A DNA stretch of 64,000 nt from an uncultured Bacteroidales bacterium (GTDB lineage Bacteria; Bacteroidota; Bacteroidia; Bacteroidales; UBA4417). Positions within the stretch are counted from its first letter, which is position 1, and the number at the start of each line of letters is the position of its first letter. The stretch covers positions 3,198 to 67,197 of the forward strand of contig CAVQQF010000009.1 of NCBI GenBank assembly GCA_963714825.1, read 5' to 3'. Under the pieces are notes generated by a model, which searched no databases, was not told where the DNA came from, and saw only the letters and a program-made list of their open reading frames with translations. Position numbers and translations under genes: made by a program. Positions 60,697-64,000 of this stretch are shown here, piece after piece.

Positions 60697-60754
60697 GTGT
60701 TCTGTGTCAGACACCCCTGCGGGTGTGCAGACACAGAACAGGTGTGCAGACACC
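60697..60754. repeat. Hairpin element family 2, copy 3 (with an extra half-site)
   Basis: gtgttctgtgtcagacacccctgcgggtgtgcagacacagaacaggtgtgcagacacc. Confidence 0.8.
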
Positions 60755-60757
60755 AGC

Positions 60758-63700
60758 CTACTTTTTCCAAACCGGTAATCTGCCAGGTGTAGCGGGTGCG
60801 CCCAGTTTTTCAACTTCAGCTTCAAGTTGCCTGAGGTCAGTTTCGCCAATGCGTTTGATCTGGTCGTAAACGGGTGGGAATTCTTCCATCAGTATAGCGT
60901 AGGCATCCTTCTGGGTATTAGTAGGAGCGCCTGTTGAGCCCCAGTGAGCCCAGGCAATTTTCCATAAGCGGCCGTACAACGTTACAGGTGCCGGTGGATT
61001 TTCCTCATCGCTAGGCTTGTTACTTACATTATTGAATTTTAACTTAATATCTTCGAGTTGATCCGATACCTTGCTGATACGTGCCCGCAAATCGGCATTT
61101 GCTCCCGGTACTGCATTTAATGCCACCTGCAGAGCATACGTACGTTTCAACAAATCGTCGGTGTAATCGTCGGTACCACGCATAACACGTGTGAGCTCAG
61201 CTACTTTTTTCTGGAAATCAACCACAGCAGCCCGGTCAGGTGCCGGTAACGATGAATTGTTCAGAGTTACTGCATTAAACTCAACAGGTCCGGCCAGTTG
61301 CTTAACGGTATCGCGCACGGTAAGCGAAAGGCTCACTTTGTATTTCCCAGGCATTACAGGGATTCCGCTCCTGGAAGCAGCAAAAGCATCGTATTTTTCC
61401 TGCCCTTCAACAGGGGAATAATCGCGGTAACGCAAATCCCAGTTCATACGGTTTATGCCCGAGGATGGCGATTTGTTAATTCGGCAAATCTCGTTGCCCG
61501 ACTCATCGGTAATGGTAAAGGTGAGGTATGCTGGTATTTCCTCGCGTTCGGCACGGAGTTCGGCATCTGTAGGCTGTGGGATGCGTTCGCCTTTTTCGAA
61601 TAATTTCGATTCACGCTCCTGTCGCATCGCTTTCAGGGTTTTGGGTGTATCTTTCAGGTAATAGGTAAAAACAGCACCGAAATCAGGGTTTTTAGCTATG
61701 AAATAAGTTGATCCCTGTCCGTATTTTGTGCGCGAAGGCACGAACATAAGGGCATCTTTAACAGGGAATACATATGCATCTTTTTCAAGCAGCTCTTTAT
61801 TCACCAGGCGTAATGGCGAGTAATCGTCCATAATATAAAATCCTCGACCGAAAGTGGCAACCGCCAGGTCGCTTTCGCGTTTCTGTATAGCTATGTCGCG
61901 TACCGGGATAGAAGGCAAACCGCCTTTTAGCTGAACCCATATTTTTCCGCCATCGTTACTGAAGTAAAAGCTGAATTCAGTTCCTGCAAAGAGCAGATCA
62001 GGGTTGATAAAATCCTGCTGAATGCTATGCACAGTCTCATTCTTTGGCAGGTTGCCTGCTATGGATGACCAGGTGCGACCCTTATCGGAACTTTTATATA
62101 CATAAGGGGCGAAATCGTCGCGTAAAATATTATCGAACGCTGCAAACACCACATTTTCGTCGAATCGCGAAGCCATCAGGTCGCTTACATAAGTGAATTC
62201 GGGCAAGCCGGGGAATTTATCTGCTTTTCTCCATGTTTTACCGGCATCCTCAGTAACCTGTATCAATCCATCGTCGGTACCTGCATAGAGAAGATTTTCT
62301 TTTACAGGCGATTCGTCCATCGAAACAATAGTGCCATACAACGAAGTTGAAACATCTTTTACCACGGCATCATAACTCCAGTATTTACCCATTACAGGCC
62401 AGGTATTGCGGTCGATTTGCGCGGTAATATCATCGCTTATCACCTGCCAGGTGTTACCACGGTCGTCGCTGCGGAAAACTTTATTGGCAGCACAATACAG
62501 GCGGGTATGCGAATGCGGGCTTATGATAAGCGGTGTATTCCAGTTCCAGCGGTAGGTAAGTTCGCCTTTGCGTGGCTCAGGCCTGATGTCGACAGATTCC
62601 TGGTTTTTACGGTCGTAACGCACCATTCCACCATACTGCGACTCGGCATAAACAATATTAGGATCTTCCGGATCGATCTGCGACCAGAAACCATCGCCGC
62701 CATTGGTGACAAACCACTCGTCGCTTACCACTCCCGAACCGCTGGTATTGCGCGACGGGCCTCCGAAACTGTTATTATCCTGGGTGCCACCATACACATA
62801 ATAGAAGGGTTCCGAATTATCGACCTGAACACGGTATAACTGGGTAACAGGCAGATTCGATTTAAAAACATACTCTTTACCTCCGTCGAATGTTTCGTAA
62901 ACACCACCGTCGCCTCCAATAAGGAAGTGCTGTGTATCGGTAGGATCGATCCACAGGGCATGATCGTCGACATGGCGTTTGTTGTTGCCAACCCGCTGCC
63001 AGGTTTTGCCGCCATCGGTAGTATATTGCGAAACTGTTTCGACCGAATAGACCTTATCAACATCCTTAGGATCGCAAAAAATCTTATTGTAATACTGCCC
63101 CTGAGCGGTATGATCGCTCATTTTCTGCCAGCTGGCACCGCGGTTGGTACTGCGGTAAAAACCACCGGCATCGTCGGCAGCTTCGATAATAGCAAAAATA
63201 TAATCAGGGTTTACCGGCGAAATAGCCAGGCCCATACCGCCCATATCGGCTCCCGGAAGCCCGCTTTTCAGCTTGTCCCAGCTTTCGCCTGCATTAGTCG
63301 ATTTATAAATTGCAGTCTCGGGACCACCCCCGATTTTGGTGAACACATGACGGCGGCGTTGCTCGCTGCTTGCGTATAAAACATTGGAATCGCGGGGATC
63401 CATAAGTATGTTGTTAACGCCTGTGTTTTCGCTTATCTCCAGGATTTTTTTCCATGTTTTGCCCCCGTCGGTGGTTTTATAAAGTCCGCGTTCGCCACCC
63501 GGACCCCATACCGAACCTTCGGCTGCAACATAAACGATATCGCTGTTTTTAGGATCGATAAGTATAGTGCCTATATGGCGCGAATCCTTGAGTCCCATGT
63601 TTTTCCACGACTTGCCACCATCCTGGCTTTTATAAACACCATCGCCATAACCTAAGGCACGCTGATGGTTATTTTCGCCCGTACCTACCCATACCACATT

Positions 63701-64000
63701 CGGATTGTTTGGGTCGAGAACCACAACGCCTATCGAATAGGATTTCTGACCATCGAAAACCGGGCTGAATGTAGTTCCGTTGTTAGTGGTTTTCCATACA
63801 TGACCCGATGCTACAGCTACAAACCACTCGCTGTGGTTGTTAGGATTTACAGCTAAATCGGCAATTCGACCCGATGCAAAGGCAGGGCCTATGGAACGCC
63901 ATTGTAAACCACCGAAGGTTGACGACTTTAATGTATCGGATTTGGCATCCGACTTTGATGATTCTTTCTTTGCTTTCGACTTTTGAGCCTGCGCTTCGAA
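60758..64000 (-). CDS. BNR/Asp-box repeat, sortilin (VPS10)-like beta-propeller protein. The 5' end lies beyond the window.
   Basis: At least nine Asp-box repeats (SQDGGKSW, TTDGGKTW, STNAGESW, STNRGASW, TTDGGKTW, SDDRGNTW, TEDAGKTW, SSDKGRTW, SNDGGKIW). The frame stays open upstream of the reported GTG (63724) to base 64000 (..SSTFGGLQWRSIGPAFASGRIADLAVNPNN..). Confidence 0.85.
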   Translation of the reverse strand, partial: FEAQAQKSKAKKESSKSDAKSDTLKSSTFGGLQWRSIGPAFASGRIADLAVNPNNHSEWFVAVASGHVWKTTNNGTTFSPVFDGQKSYSIGVVVLDPNNPNVVWVGTGENNHQRALGYGDGVYKSQDGGKSWKNMGLKDSRHIGTILIDPKNSDIVYVAAEGSVWGPGGERGLYKTTDGGKTWKKILEISENTGVNNILMDPRDSNVLYASSEQRRRHVFTKIGGGPETAIYKSTNAGESWDKLKSGLPGADMGGMGLAISPVNPDYIFAIIEAADDAGGFYRSTNRGASWQKMSDHTAQGQYYNKIFCDPKDVDKVYSVETVSQYTTDGGKTWQRVGNNKRHVDDHALWIDPTDTQHFLIGGDGGVYETFDGGKEYVFKSNLPVTQLYRVQVDNSEPFYYVYGGTQDNNSFGGPSRNTSGSGVVSDEWFVTNGGDGFWSQIDPEDPNIVYAESQYGGMVRYDRKNQESVDIRPEPRKGELTYRWNWNTPLIISPHSHTRLYCAANKVFRSDDRGNTWQVISDDITAQIDRNTWPVMGKYWSYDAVVKDVSTSLYGTIVSMDESPVKENLLYAGTDDGLIQVTEDAGKTWRKADKFPGLPEFTYVSDLMASRFDENVVFAAFDNILRDDFAPYVYKSSDKGRTWSSIAGNLPKNETVHSIQQDFINPDLLFAGTEFSFYFSNDGGKIWVQLKGGLPSIPVRDIAIQKRESDLAVATFGRGFYIMDDYSPLRLVNKELLEKDAYVFPVKDALMFVPSRTKYGQGSTYFIAKNPDFGAVFTYYLKDTPKTLKAMRQERESKLFEKGERIPQPTDAELRAEREEIPAYLTFTITDESGNEICRINKSPSSGINRMNWDLRYRDYSPVEGQEKYDAFAASRSGIPVMPGKYKVSLSLTVRDTVKQLAGPVEFNAVTLNNSSLPAPDRAAVVDFQKKVAELTRVMRGTDDYTDDLLKRTYALQVALNAVPGANADLRARISKVSDQLEDIKLKFNNVSNKPSDEENPPAPVTLYGRLWKIAWAHWGSTGAPTNTQKDAYAILMEEFPPVYDQIKRIGETDLRQLEAEVEKLGAPATPGRLPVWKK

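Noticed and set aside
1-64000. Prophage, integrative element or IS insertion explaining the duplicated region
   Set aside because: No integrase, transposase, phage structural gene or tRNA attachment site is present. The duplication is a simple tandem head-to-tail gene array.

Overview
The window looks like Bacteroidota chromosome. Several proteins end in T9SS C-terminal sorting domains, there is a Bacteroides-type ECF sigma/FecR pair, and rplU has a TAnnTTTG-type -7 box. No rRNA, tRNA, CRISPR array, integrase or transposase was seen.

Layout:
(1) 1-25 kb, all on the minus strand. A head-to-tail array of three giant multi-domain surface-protein paralogs. One is an intact 7.5-kb gene (14159..21694). 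A near-identical copy (5175..12688) is broken into three ORFs. A shorter, more diverged copy (1..4183, running off the window) carries one frameshift. A 1003-aa beta-helix T9SS protein lies upstream of the array.
(2) 26-29 kb. An ECF sigma factor, a FecR anti-sigma and a small STN-domain outer-membrane beta-barrel protein. A conserved 37-nt motif sits 5' of FecR, the beta-helix protein and two of the giant paralogs. This suggests a sigma-controlled secreted-protein regulon, and it is my top candidate for something undescribed.
(3) 29-36.5 kb. Housekeeping genes: aldehyde dehydrogenase, rplU-rpmA, serS, a TPR protein and rsmA.
(4) 36.6-57.6 kb. Lipid and glycan genes: FAAL-like ligase, GT-C/TPR membrane protein, atypical acyl-CoA-ligase-like protein, acyltransferase-3, B12 radical SAM, a T9SS protein and an AAA ATPase. 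These are followed by ACP-KASIII-SDR, an ArnC-like GT2, a GNAT-like protein, two sulfotransferases flanking a Wzx-like flippase, and wecE.
(5) 57.7-64 kb. An M16 peptidase and a partial BNR/sortilin-like protein.

Intergenic DNA is unusually rich in modular short repeats. These include two dispersed palindromic element families, 14-nt and 10-nt minisatellites, word-like G- or C-rich tracts and a nested-hairpin MITE-like element. All calls come from reading the sequence and ORF translations by eye. No database search was run.
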